From the IMG/VR virus record IMGVR_UViG_3300046167_000869, positions 1,045-65,044 of that record: 64,000 nucleotides of DNA. The stretch is one strand, 5' to 3'. The notes below the pieces were generated by a model that saw nothing but the letters and a program-made list of their open reading frames with translations, did no database searches and was not told the DNA's origin. The position numbers and the translations under genes were made by a program. This document shows, in pieces, positions 30,362-41,444 of this stretch (position 1 is its first letter; the number at the start of each line of letters is the position of its first letter). Source of the stretch: a virus. Taxonomy: Duplodnaviria > Caudoviricetes.

Positions 30362-30920
30362 TCTAATTGAGATGATGACCGGCGCCGGTGTATCCTCGCG
30401 AGAGGCCGAGCGCCGCGCGTCCGAGTACCTGCGCGACCAAGCAGACACAGAGCTGTTTGAAAAAAGCCTCACAGCGCTTGACGGCGTGGCAGAGGCACAG
30501 CGCGAAGCCGAAGAGGCTCAATATGAGCGTCTCTCTAAGGCGTATGGTGAAGGTCAAGACACGGTAGCAGAGGCGCTCGCGCCCGCGCTAGACGCGCTCT
30601 TAACAGAGCAACGCGCGCAAAATGAGGCACTTTGTAAAGGTTTGCAAGGAGCGCTTGAGCTCATCAAGTCGCTCCAAGTCGAGGTGAAGACGTTACGAGG
30701 CGCGCCCGCACAAGAGCCCACCCCTATGGCTAAGAGCGTGACCTCATACATTCCCGCACCCGGAGAGAGCGCGCCCGCCGCGTCTCGGGATGACCTCTTT
30801 AAATCGCTCTCAGACATGACCGTTAGCGACCCCCAGCGCGCGGGCGAGATGATGGAGGCCGCCGCGCTTCTGGAGTCCGGCGCCGATCCTCAATCTATCA
30901 AAACTCGATTCGGCATCTAA
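30348..30920 (+). CDS. Scaffolding protein
   Basis: Lies between protease and capsid; coiled coil with six x-x-K-[SAG] sites. Confidence 0.75.
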   Translation: MKADDLIEMMTGAGVSSREAERRASEYLRDQADTELFEKSLTALDGVAEAQREAEEAQYERLSKAYGEGQDTVAEALAPALDALLTEQRAQNEALCKGLQGALELIKSLQVEVKTLRGAPAQEPTPMAKSVTSYIPAPGESAPAASRDDLFKSLSDMTVSDPQRAGEMMEAAALLESGADPQSIKTRFGI

Positions 30921-30929
30921 GGAAAAATC

Positions 30930-32369
30930 ATGCAAGGATTACCATCATCAGCGGATATGTCAGCGCTTATGGGCTCACTTCAAAAGGGCACCGTGGGATA
31001 CCAAACACCCCTTGTACCAGCAGGAGGATCACAGACAGCGGCTAATCTGAGCCCGCTCATCCCCCAGCAGCTCGCGCAGACCTTGAGCATTGCTACATCT
31101 TCGATGCAAGATCTCAAGCTATGGCCCATGCTCGCTAAGGTACAGGCTCAGAATACCGTTGTGGAGTACAACCGAGTGCTTAACCACGGCGGCCAACACA
31201 GCCCCTTCATCACGGAGGGCGGCAACGCCGCGCTTAATCGCAGCACTTACGAGAAGGTAGCCACTAAGATTCGGTATATGGCGGAGCGTCGCGAGGTCAC
31301 GGACCAAGCATCTATGGTCTCTATCGTAGGCCCTAGCGCCGACGCGATCGCTGAAGAGACTCGCCGAGGGACTGAGAGCCTTCTCCAACGCCTTGAGCTC
31401 AACCTCTTTCACGCTGATGAGACGAAGGACAGCAACGCGTTCAACGGCATTATCAAGCAGATCAGCGACGGCGGAAACGTCGCGGATCTTCGTGGCAAGG
31501 CTCCAAGCGCTGTATATCTGAGCGAGATCTTAGGGGCGCTTTACAGCGCGCCTCTCTACGGAATGGTGAGCCACATCATGGTCACGCCTCGCGTGCTCAG
31601 CGAGCTCATCAAGCAGACCGTCCACCACGGCCGCCACGACCAGATCCAAGTCAATAACGGCTCAGTGACCTTCGGCGCGGCTTCCCTCTCAATCACGGGG
31701 CCTTACGGGCCTGTTCAGGTGGTCTCAGCTCCGTTCCTAGAGCGTCATGATCGCATCGCCCCGAACTTGGACTCGGGTTCTGTGTTTGACGGATCGCTCG
31801 CGGCGCCTTCTGTCCAGGTCCAGACAGCGGCCAACGCAAACAACGCGTCTAAGTTTGTCGCGGCTGACAACGGTGATTATATCTACCGCGTCGTAGCGGT
31901 GGGAGATAATGGCGTGAGCGTGCCGGTCGATACTGCGGCGGTGACAGTCGCGGCGGGTGAGCAGGTCACCTTCACGATTCGACACGCGGCACACGCGGGT
32001 GTTAAGTACCTTCGTGTTTATCGTAGCGCCAAAAACGCAACGACAGCAGACGGGGCGCTTCTGATCGAAGAGGTGAAGGTCACTGCCCAAGATACGGTTG
32101 TGACAGATAACAACGCGAACATTCCGGGCGCGTCTGAGATCTTATTCTTAAACTTCTCACCTGATTACATGTGCTATTATCAGATGTTAAGCCTAGTGCG
32201 TCGGCCTCTCGCGCAGATCTCAACCACGTTCCCCTTCTTGCTCATGATGTTTGGTGCGCCCGCTGTCAAGCTGCCTACCAAGATGTTTGTTGTCAAGAAC
32301 GCAGGCGTTAACGCGTCAAGTGGCCTGAGCGCGATTACAGATCCACAGCTTCTCGGACTTCACATTTAA
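30930..32369 (+). CDS. Major capsid protein
   Basis: LQK-GTVGY N-terminus, TVVEYNR, FITEGG, LELNLFHAD..FNGIIKQI, DLRG and an Ig-like insert YIYRVVAV...YLRVYRS; A511/K-type layout. Confidence 0.9.
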   Translation: MQGLPSSADMSALMGSLQKGTVGYQTPLVPAGGSQTAANLSPLIPQQLAQTLSIATSSMQDLKLWPMLAKVQAQNTVVEYNRVLNHGGQHSPFITEGGNAALNRSTYEKVATKIRYMAERREVTDQASMVSIVGPSADAIAEETRRGTESLLQRLELNLFHADETKDSNAFNGIIKQISDGGNVADLRGKAPSAVYLSEILGALYSAPLYGMVSHIMVTPRVLSELIKQTVHHGRHDQIQVNNGSVTFGAASLSITGPYGPVQVVSAPFLERHDRIAPNLDSGSVFDGSLAAPSVQVQTAANANNASKFVAADNGDYIYRVVAVGDNGVSVPVDTAAVTVAAGEQVTFTIRHAAHAGVKYLRVYRSAKNATTADGALLIEEVKVTAQDTVVTDNNANIPGASEILFLNFSPDYMCYYQMLSLVRRPLAQISTTFPFLLMMFGAPAVKLPTKMFVVKNAGVNASSGLSAITDPQLLGLHI

Positions 32370-32383
32370 GGAGATAGGCGGTT

Positions 32384-32602
32384 ATGAGCATGATCAAAAT
32401 ACGACACCCTAGACTCAAAAACGTTGAGCTCTCGCTTGCAGACGGTCTTGTGACCATCGACGCCGAAGGGCTCCTCACGGGTGATTTGTCAGCCGCTCAG
32501 ATCGCCAAAGCCTCCCTAATGGGGTGGGAGATCGAGGACAAGCCGAAGCCAAAGCGCCGGCGCCCCTCACGTAAGATCGCTTCTAGCGATAAAGAAGAGT
32601 AG
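32384..32602 (+). CDS. Small hypothetical virion-module protein
   Basis: AAGGAG RBS; basic C-terminus. Confidence 0.65.
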   Translation: MSMIKIRHPRLKNVELSLADGLVTIDAEGLLTGDLSAAQIAKASLMGWEIEDKPKPKRRRPSRKIASSDKEE

Positions 32603-32608
32603 GCCCCA

Positions 32609-33553
32609 ATGGCAACCATCCAAGAGCGCGGGTATGATGTCCAGTACCTCAAAAACACTTATCTGTTAGGTGTGGATTTAACTCTTGATGATGGTAGCCC
32701 CTACCCTGACACCATCTTCACAACGTCCATCGAGCAAGCGGCGCGCGCTGTTAGCGACGAGCTCGGCTTAGTCTTTGACGTGCAGACATTCTCTGAGCGA
32801 CACGATAAGGAACCAGACGCGGCCCCCGCGTGGCATCCGATCCGGTCACGTTATCGCCCGTTGATCGATGTCGAGGCGCTCAACATTGTGTACGGCAACA
32901 GCACGACGCGCGCAGAGCTCCCCCCCGAATGGGCCCAGATTACTGAGCCTATGGCCGGTCAGGTCCATATCGTACCCACGACAGAGGGCGCTTCAAGCTA
33001 TATTGTAGCGGGAGGTACACCTGTTATCTTAGGGCTTGGAGGGCTCAGCGCGCAGTATTACATACCGGCGTATTTTGAGCTCGATTACCGCGCGGGCTTC
33101 CCTTACTACACAGGCACTATCGCGATCAGCGCGGGCGAGAGCTCAGTAGAGGTGAGCACGCCCCAAAGGTTCGTTGACCGCTACGACGTGAAGGCCACAG
33201 GGGCCACTGTGGGCGCTAAGAGACATGATAAGTTCACCTTGAGCTTGAGCGCGCCCGCAACACAAGACACAGACATCTCATGGACGATTGACACATTACC
33301 CCAAGACATCGCGCGCGCCGTCATGCTTAAGAGCTCGCTCTTAGCGCTAGACGTTGCAGGTGATTTGATCGCGGGCGCAGGTCTCGCGATGGTGAGTACC
33401 TCGATGGATGGATTGAGCCAGAACATCAACACCACGGCGAGCGCGACGAACTCAGGTTATGGAGCGCGTGTACTCCAATTCACCAAAGAATACAAGGAGT
33501 TGCTCGCGACCCTTAAGGCCACCTATCGCGCTATGAACATCATGGCGCTGTGA
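32609..33553 (+). CDS. Head-tail adaptor/neck protein
   Basis: YLLGVDL, ERHD, LDYRAGF and STSMDGLSQ..TTASATNSGYGARV; position after the capsid gene. Confidence 0.75.
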   Translation: MATIQERGYDVQYLKNTYLLGVDLTLDDGSPYPDTIFTTSIEQAARAVSDELGLVFDVQTFSERHDKEPDAAPAWHPIRSRYRPLIDVEALNIVYGNSTTRAELPPEWAQITEPMAGQVHIVPTTEGASSYIVAGGTPVILGLGGLSAQYYIPAYFELDYRAGFPYYTGTIAISAGESSVEVSTPQRFVDRYDVKATGATVGAKRHDKFTLSLSAPATQDTDISWTIDTLPQDIARAVMLKSSLLALDVAGDLIAGAGLAMVSTSMDGLSQNINTTASATNSGYGARVLQFTKEYKELLATLKATYRAMNIMAL

Positions 33554-33562
33554 GGTGAAACC

Positions 33563-34373
33563 ATGATTCTAGGCTCCCGTATCCCTCCAAAACTGAACCC
33601 GCGCGCAGATTTTAAACCTGAGCAATTCCGCAAAGTGATCATCTCACACGGGATGGACATTAGGTGGGAACAGGCCGCAGAATGCCCATGCTCGCAGACC
33701 ACGGGCGCGCATGGTTTCAGTCTGACAGGAGCGAGCGGCGACGCCGAACAAGCGCGCGTTGATTGCCCAGCGTGCCACGGCAAAGGCTACCTCTACCACA
33801 GCGCGCAGACAATCAGAGCGGTAGTTACAGGCGCGCGAAAAGAGGAGCAGAGACACGGCCCCGCAGGCGCTACCGAATACGGACGCGGCCAAATTGGGAT
33901 CACGTTACTACCTGAGCACTTACCGACATACGGCGACCGCCTCACGATCATGGATAGCGCGATGATCTACCGTGAGACACTCAAGCGCGGCTCAGGCGCG
34001 ACAGACACCCCGCGCTACCCTATCTCCCCTAGATCACACGATCTTGAGGGCGGCCAAGTGAGCTTCGGCGTGAGACATTTGATACCGGCCAACGCTCAAG
34101 GGATCGTAGACCCCGCAGGCGCGCTTGAGGAGGGCTCAGATTTCACGGTTGACGGCGAGGGCGCTATTGAATGGATCAATCCACCCAATGAGGGCGACCG
34201 CTTCAGCGTGACCTATTACGCGCACCCCACATATATAATCACGAACCATCCCCACGCGGTGCGTGATACCTTATGTGAATTTCAAGGCCCCCGCGCCCTA
34301 TCATGCAGAGCTCCCAGTGTATGCCGAGGCCCAGCTTGAGTTCTACGGCACCCCTGAAGGGACCGCGCAATGA
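33563..34373 (+). CDS. Head closure/neck protein (indel near 34272)
   Basis: WEQAAECPC and CPACHGKGY; the shifted frame continues to a TGA overlapping the next ATG. Confidence 0.7.
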
Positions 34374-35080
34374 TTGACCTCAGAGAGTACGGGCTCGACA
34401 GACGAAGCAGAGAGGCTCGCTCTAAGCGCCTAGCCGTGGCGCTTGTGGCCGCTTGGAAGGCTACAGCGCATGAGGCCGGTGAGGATCTAGGCTCAGTGCT
34501 CAGAGATTATAAGCGCGGCGTGGTGATCACGCAGGCTACGCCGGAGCTTGTCGTTGTGACGCTACAAGGGATAGTACCAAATCTACTAGAGCAAGGTCAG
34601 CAGCCCCACGACATGAGAGACTATCTCTTAAGGACTGTGAGACCCGGCGCCGCGCCGATACGCCGCGATAAATTAGGCCGTCCGTATCGCTTCATTATGT
34701 TTCGGCGCAAGGTTGCAGAGATCAAGCGCATGGGAGACACCGCCGCCTACAGCGACGCTAAAAATTTAACGGCGACCATGAGCGGGAGTGAGGGTAAGCT
34801 GTTATTTGGATCTCGCATGGACAGCGGCAGAGCTCAACACTACATCAACAAGAGCGGCGTGAGATCCGTATCAGACGCGCTCACAGGTATGGTGAAGCTC
34901 GTAGGGATCACGACACCAGAGGGCGCGGCGCGCGGTGGAGCTAATACCACTTATGCAACGTGGCGAACCGTCTCATATAAGCGCCCCGAAGCTTGGCAAC
35001 ATCCGGGAAGACAGGCGCTCAATTTAGCGCAGAGCGTCATAGACAATGTAAACGAGATCGCAGAGGGCGCGGGGCTATGA
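34370..35080 (+). CDS. Neck/tail completion protein
   Basis: PNLLEQG..DMR and YATWRTVS..WQHPG motifs; position. Confidence 0.7.
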   Translation: MIDLREYGLDRRSREARSKRLAVALVAAWKATAHEAGEDLGSVLRDYKRGVVITQATPELVVVTLQGIVPNLLEQGQQPHDMRDYLLRTVRPGAAPIRRDKLGRPYRFIMFRRKVAEIKRMGDTAAYSDAKNLTATMSGSEGKLLFGSRMDSGRAQHYINKSGVRSVSDALTGMVKLVGITTPEGAARGGANTTYATWRTVSYKRPEAWQHPGRQALNLAQSVIDNVNEIAEGAGL

Positions 35081-35676
35081 TCCATCATCACCTAACAACC
35101 GCGCTACGCACCGCGCTGAGCTACTACCTTGACACAGCTAATCAAGCGCAGACACTAGAGCGCCTCTACGCCACCGCGCACGATGACACAACGCTTATTA
35201 AGATTCTCACAGAGATCAGAGAGAAGCCCCCAAAGGTGATCCCTCACGCGACAGCGGGCGCGCAAGGTTTACCCTTAATCGTATGTCAGCAACGCTCGCG
35301 TAATGTGACCCACCGCCCGTTAGGTGGTACCGCGCTAGGTGTGGAGCAGACAATCTCTAATCAAACGGCATTGATCGAAATCATGGCCGCCGGTGCAGAG
35401 GCCGCCGAGGTGCTCGCTCAACTAGCAGTCACCGCGCTACACGCGCTTAGAGCTGACTTCATCGCGAACGGGTACATCTCATTCCAATTTGACTCTATCG
35501 CAGAGCTCGCGCCTCAAGAGATGCTAGCAGCTGAAGAGCTTGGTGTGTTTGTCCGGCGTATCAATATATCAGCGATGCTTCACGACAGCGCCGGCGCGCG
35601 TCTCTTCTCCCCAGATGAGGTGATAGGGGCACTGAGTTTAGATCTAACGCCACGAGGGCGCGTGACACCGACGTGA
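35077..35676 (+). CDS. Tail terminator-like protein
   Basis: ATGA overlap; immediately upstream of the sheath gene. Confidence 0.6.
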   Translation: MIHHHLTTALRTALSYYLDTANQAQTLERLYATAHDDTTLIKILTEIREKPPKVIPHATAGAQGLPLIVCQQRSRNVTHRPLGGTALGVEQTISNQTALIEIMAAGAEAAEVLAQLAVTALHALRADFIANGYISFQFDSIAELAPQEMLAAEELGVFVRRINISAMLHDSAGARLFSPDEVIGALSLDLTPRGRVTPT

Positions 35677-35722
35677 ACACCCTATATAATACCCACACAC
35701 AAACACACAAGGAGCGCTCAAT

Positions 35723-37369
35723 ATGCCAAGCATCCTAAACTCTTCAGGGTTCCCGCGCACAGGGCGCCCCGGTATTTACAGCCGCATAGACGCCAGCGCA
35801 TTGTCAGGCGGAGACGTAGCTAGCGGTAATATCGCAATCATTGGCGACTTCCCATCATTCCAGAGTCACACACCGAAGCTCTTTGGCTCGCGCCGATCAA
35901 TGAGCGCGTATGACCTCAGTGATAACGATCTCTCTCTACTCGCTCAGCTCGCGTTCAGTCCCTCAGACGATCCGGCGGCGAGCGCGGGCGCGTCTAGCGT
36001 GAGAATGGTGAACGCGCGTGAAACCACCGCTCAAGCCTCTCTTGATATCGGGCCACTCACCATCAAGAGCGTGATCTATGGTGTGAAGGGCGACCGCTTA
36101 AACGCAGCTCTCGCGATCTCAGGAGACACACACACACTTACGCTCAACCGTAACGGGCTAAGCGAAGAGTTCAAGATTGAGAGCGCGGATCTCTTCAGCG
36201 TGGAGAATGAAGACGCGGTAAATGATCTCACCGTAGTGATTGAGAACGGCACCGCAACGCTCACGCGCAACGCCATTGCACTGCTCTCAGTGGACAGCGA
36301 CGAGGCGCCCACGCTCAAGGCTTTTGTCACGCTTGCGAATGAGCTCACAGACGTGAGCGCAACGCTTATCGAGGTCTCTGAGATCGCGCTTGATGAGATT
36401 GATTACATATCTCAGACCATAGGCGCGAGCTCAACAGAGACATTCAAAGCGCCCGCGTATCAGCTCAAGCAAGCGCTGAGCTCATCGACACTCGCAGAGG
36501 CCACGCTTGATAACTCATCAGCAGCCGCATCACTTAGCGCGACATCCCAAACCGCGACGGGTGGCGTAGACGGGGCGACACTTGATTTTACAGAGGCCCT
36601 CGCGAGCGTTGAAAATACAGACGTGCAGATTATCGTACTCTTCACCGAAGACGCGAACTCACAGAGCTTATTAGGCGCGCACCTCACAGCGAGCGCGACC
36701 GCCGGCTATGAGCGTCAGGCTTATTGTGCAATCGCGAGCACGGAGACCCTAGCGAACGTGAAGACGCGCGCGGCGAGCTTGAACAATGCCGCCATAGCAC
36801 TAGCCTCACAGAGCATCAAACTAGTTGACCCGCGCGGGAAGACCCAGACCAAGAGCCCGAAATATACCGCGCTCATGTTGGCCGCTATGCAAGCGGGATC
36901 AGACACAGGCGAGCCGCTCACGCGCAAGCGCCCGCGCATTATCGAGACCTCGCAATCATGGGACGCATACGCCGACATTGAGCAGGCGATCAAGAGCGGT
37001 ACTATCGCGATCAGTACAGATAATCTAGGCCCGCGCGTCGAGAGATCTATCACCACCTATCTCACAGACAATAACCCGGTCTATTGTGAGGTGAGCGCGT
37101 ATGAGTCCATACTTGTATCACTACGAACGTTACGCGCCGCGCTCGCTGATCAGATCGGGCGCCCAACGCGAGCAAGTCAGATTCCTCTGATCACCTCGCG
37201 CGTTCAGAGTAGCCTCACATCACAGGTTCGAGACGGCGTGATTAAAGCTTTTCAGAATATCCAGCTTGAAGACCTTGGCGATGAGGTAGCGATTAGCTAT
37301 GAGGTCGCACCGGTTGAGCCCCTCAACTTTATCTCAATCACCGCCGTAGCGGTACGAATCACAACCTAA
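35723..37369 (+). CDS. Contractile tail sheath protein
   Basis: RPGIYSRID N-terminus, GGVDG, GEPLTRK, ITTY and PVEPLNFI C-terminus. Confidence 0.92.
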   Translation: MPSILNSSGFPRTGRPGIYSRIDASALSGGDVASGNIAIIGDFPSFQSHTPKLFGSRRSMSAYDLSDNDLSLLAQLAFSPSDDPAASAGASSVRMVNARETTAQASLDIGPLTIKSVIYGVKGDRLNAALAISGDTHTLTLNRNGLSEEFKIESADLFSVENEDAVNDLTVVIENGTATLTRNAIALLSVDSDEAPTLKAFVTLANELTDVSATLIEVSEIALDEIDYISQTIGASSTETFKAPAYQLKQALSSSTLAEATLDNSSAAASLSATSQTATGGVDGATLDFTEALASVENTDVQIIVLFTEDANSQSLLGAHLTASATAGYERQAYCAIASTETLANVKTRAASLNNAAIALASQSIKLVDPRGKTQTKSPKYTALMLAAMQAGSDTGEPLTRKRPRIIETSQSWDAYADIEQAIKSGTIAISTDNLGPRVERSITTYLTDNNPVYCEVSAYESILVSLRTLRAALADQIGRPTRASQIPLITSRVQSSLTSQVRDGVIKAFQNIQLEDLGDEVAISYEVAPVEPLNFISITAVAVRITT

Positions 37370-37381
37370 GAGGAGTCTAAA

Positions 37382-37811
37382 ATGCCACAGTATAAAGGTA
37401 TTAGCGGCGCTAGTTGTAAAGTATTCTTGAGCGCGACAGGTGACGAAATCGGGTGGGCTACAGGCGTGAACGTCTCAGAGAACATCCAGACTCAGCGCGT
37501 TGATGTGATAGGCGAGATTGACTCACAAGAGATCATCCCCGTGAGGCGTACAGCTACCCTGAGCGTTGACGCAATCAGGATCTCTAAGCAGCGCTTTAGA
37601 GGATAACGGCGGGTGGCAGAAGGGCTCGACGAGCGACATCTTAAACGCCGGTGGAATTGACATGAGCGTGATTGATGAGAACAGTGGTGATAGACTCCTA
37701 ACGCTTGAAGGTTGCAGGCCAACAACGCGAAACTTTAGAGTAGACTCTAGCTCACTCTTCAGCGAGAATCTGAGCTTTGAAGTCCGAAAAGTAGTCTACC
37801 CTAACGAGTGA
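37382..37811 (+). CDS. Tail tube protein (indel near 37595)
   Basis: IGWATGVNVSE..VDVIGEIDSQEI; continues in the 37566-37811 frame (LEGCR..SENLSF). Confidence 0.82.
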
Positions 37812-37817
37812 GGTTAA

Positions 37818-38476
37818 GTGATGTTAAGCACGATCCGAGAGCGCGCAGAGGCCGCGCCACAGAGCACCGCAGACAGCGAGCCCGTAGGAGCTGAGAAGCT
37901 CTTACATATCGAGTTTGATCTACAGGGCGAGACCCTGAGCGCCTCGGTTGTGTGTCGCATCCTCACCACTGATCAGACGATCAGGCGAGATAGAGCGCTT
38001 GTGCAGCTCAGCGCGCCTGAAAAGTACGACGACTTGCCCGCGATAGCAAAGCTCAGGATCTACGCACTAGCCACACTCTCACAAGCGCTACTCGATCCCC
38101 CCGAGTGGCTAGATGAATGGGCCGGCCGCTATGACCCTCTTCCTCTTCGCCATCTACGAGGAGGTGGCAGCGCATGAGCGCGGCTTTTTTCACGGACACG
38201 TGGCGAAGAGCGAAGATGGCGCGGAGCCTACACCCCTTGTCAGGATCAGGTCTCTCGATCCACCACCCCCCGCTTGAGGCGTCTGCTTTAGACCCCTCGC
38301 GCTTTCTCGCGCATCCCGCGCATGTGTTAGAAAGAGCTCTGCTTGAGCTTGATGATGAGCGTTTTAACGCATTGGCGCCTGAGAGCGCCGCCCAGATTAA
38401 ACCTAATCAAGCCGCTGAGACAGGCGTTGAGTGGATTGATGAGCTAGAGAAAAAGCTATTTAAAACGGAGGCTTAG
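37818..38476 (+). CDS. Tail assembly chaperone pair (G/GT-like)
   Basis: Two overlapping ORFs between tube and tape measure, with a T6 run at 38185-38190. Confidence 0.65.
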
Positions 38477-38478
38477 AC

Positions 38479-40024
38479 ATGGCTCAAGAGACACAGATAA
38501 AAGTCAAGATAGATGACAATGAGGCGCTTCAAGCTCTGCGCGAAATGGCCGCGCTTGTTGAGGGGATCAAAGACAATTTAGCGGGGCTCAATGTGCCACC
38601 GGGAGCGATCCCCACAGCGCCTCAAGCTCCCGCGCCCACGCCGAGCGCAGCGCCGGACGGAGACAAAGAGAACAAAGAGCAGATCGCAAGCCGTCAGAAA
38701 GAGGTCAGGCGCATACTCCGTAATGAGGCGCGCGCGACCATCGACGCGGTGAGCTCCGAGATCTCTCTAGGCTCCCTCACCTCAAGAGTAGGTGGTCAGC
38801 TATCTAGTATAGCTCGAATTATGCCTAAAATCTTCGGAGTCTCCACGGGACTTCCCGTAAAAATCGCGGGTGAGGCCATGAAGGCGACCGCACAGAGTCT
38901 TAAGGCGCGACAGGCGCGTTTAGGCCAGATCATAGGGCTAGAGGCGCAAGAGGCAGAGATCGCGGGCATTGTTGACACGGAAAACGCGAAAACGTTCAGC
39001 GAGTCGCGTACAAAAGACCTTGAAGCTCTAGGCCTTGATTCTTCTTCAGCGCGGCAAATGATCACAGGTGTAGCAGGCGGCGTGGGATTCAAGGCGACAG
39101 AAGGGAGACCTGAGCTCTGACAGACTCATGCGCTTAGCGAGCGCTGAGAGGTCGGGTGTAAGCGCCGGAGGGATGAGCGCTCTTGCCGGTATCATCGCTC
39201 AAAACACGGGAATGAGTGTAGGACTTGCGCTTGATCAGTCTTTAGCCTTAAGAAATGTGGCCGAGAACCAGCTCGATCTTAGAGGGCCGGGCGTTGACTC
39301 ATTCCTGAGCGGTGTAGGCGGGCTCATAGACGGTCTAACCTCTCAAGGGCTCAAAACAGACCCCTCCGGCGTGGCGCAAGGTATCATGGCGATCTCTCAG
39401 CGCACAGGGGAGCGAGGCAGGCGCCCTACACAAATGTATCAGAGTTTTCAGGGAGTGGCGCAGGGTGCAGCCGGCCAGATATCAGCACCCTTTCAGGATC
39501 TCGCTCAACTCGCGCTCATGGCTGAAATTTACAGCTCTTCAGATTCGATGTTAGGCGCTATGCAAACAGCCGAGGCTTACCAACTTGCCCCCGAGCTTAT
39601 ACCCGGAATAGTCGGCAAGAACTTAGGCAAAGGAGAGGCGGGTAATATTGCGCTCGCGAGCATTCCCGGCCTTAGCACCGCCGACGCAGGAAGGCTTATA
39701 CAGGGCGTGGGGACAGGATCTCTTAAAACAAGCGCGCGGGCCACACCAGCCGCCGTATCCGCGCGGCTTAATTTAGGCAGAAAACAGGCGGCGCAACAAG
39801 GCACGACCACTCGAAGCCTGAGAGACGACCCCGCAGACACGGCGATTTTTGAGAAGATGATTGAGCTCTCAGGAAAGAGCGAGCGCAACATATTGAAGAT
39901 GAGTGAGAATGTGCAGGCGCTCACTAAGCTCACTGACATCGTGATCAAACTACAGGGCGCTTTAGCAGGGAGCGTTAGCGCCTTTAATCAGGTGCTTGAT
40001 AGGCTCACAAGGTTCATCCCGTGA
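38479..40024 (+). CDS. Tape measure-like protein (indel near 39115)
   Basis: MAQETQIKVKIDD start, Ala/Gly-rich helical sequence, canonical position. Confidence 0.7.
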
Positions 40025-41444
40025 ACACAGCAACGGTTACACTTTACACCGATGAGCGCTCTTATGTCGGCTCACGAGCTACACCACCATGATTGATCTA
40101 CAAGAGATGATCACAGCCCCGTATCATCAAGCTCAGATCACACTCCAGATCCCCTTGCATGAGCAGAGTGAGGCGCTGCCCTACTATGAGGACACAGGCG
40201 CAGTCAATCTTGACGCGTGGCTTATTGTGAGTGAGTGGATCGAGCGGGAAGGTGTAGAGCGCGCCGTGTTCCTAGGGCGCTTAAACGCTGTCAGTTATGG
40301 GATCGAAGCGCTCTCTGAGCCCGATCTAGCGGGCATGATCGCCGCGCCTGAGATCACGATCACAGCGGGCTCATTTATAGCGCCTCTTATAGAGTCTCAA
40401 GTTTACCTCTCGGGCAAGTCATTATTCAGCGGGCACATTTACGAGTTAAAAGCTTTCGGCCGTCTGTTAAAGCGCGTCTTGAGCCGCGTGTTGAGGTCAG
40501 ATGTAGGCTCAGTGTTGAGGGCGCTTTATAACGAGTTCTCGCCTCATTATCGACTACCCAAGACACTCGCAGGCGGCGCGAAGCTCAGCGCTTTACCCGT
40601 CATCCACTCACAGGCCCGCGCGCGGCAGTTTGCGCCAGAGCGCGCCCCGCTCTTTAGGTCTGTGTTTGGCCGCGCCGTTAACGCCGCGCACATTAGGCCC
40701 ACCGGCGCGCCGTGGTCGATCCTCTCTAGTTTTTTTGATGTCGATCCTAGCCTTATCGAGTTCTACCCATCGCTTGAGCCCGCGAGCGTCTCAGGTGAGG
40801 TGAGCGACTTCTTAGGCTCCACACCCGTGATCATCTATAGACTGAAGCCGTTCATCTTCGAGGCGTTGAGCTCACAAGGTGTAGACCCGAACGCCCCCGC
40901 GCAACAAGAGCACGCGGCGCGGCTCTCGCGGATCATTACCGCAGATGAGATCATCAGGCTAGGTGTAAGCGCCAACGCTCAAGACCGTGTAAACTCGGTC
41001 TATGTAGACACGCCTTTCAATGAGTCCAGAGGCGTTGAAGCCTTCGGGCTAGTAGGCACACCGACGCTTGACCGCGAGGATATCGAGCGCGCAGGGCTCA
41101 GGATGTACCGTGGACAGTGGCCGTTTTTCCCCCAAGGCCGCGCGAGTAAAGCGGGCTCACTTAATCGTGAGGTCCAATACACCATCGAGATCGTAGACCG
41201 CCTCACTCGCGGAGCGCACCGCTATTTAAGCGGCACAGCCAACACAGCGCAGAGGCTAGACATTAGAGCGGGTATGTGGGTAAAGTTTGAGACGCCCGCC
41301 CATGATGAGACGCGCTATTTCTGCGCTTATGTTGAGACCATCTCTCACAGCACAAGAGCGCTCTCAGGTGGAGTGATCACTAGACGCTCTACATTATCCC
41401 TAACACGCGGGTTTTACACGACAGGAGAGCCCGTTCATGATTAA
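40021..41444 (+). CDS. Baseplate hub (gp27/gpD-like), indel near 40075
   Basis: Follows the tape measure; C-terminal IRAGMWV..YVETISH..LSLTRG. Confidence 0.7.
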
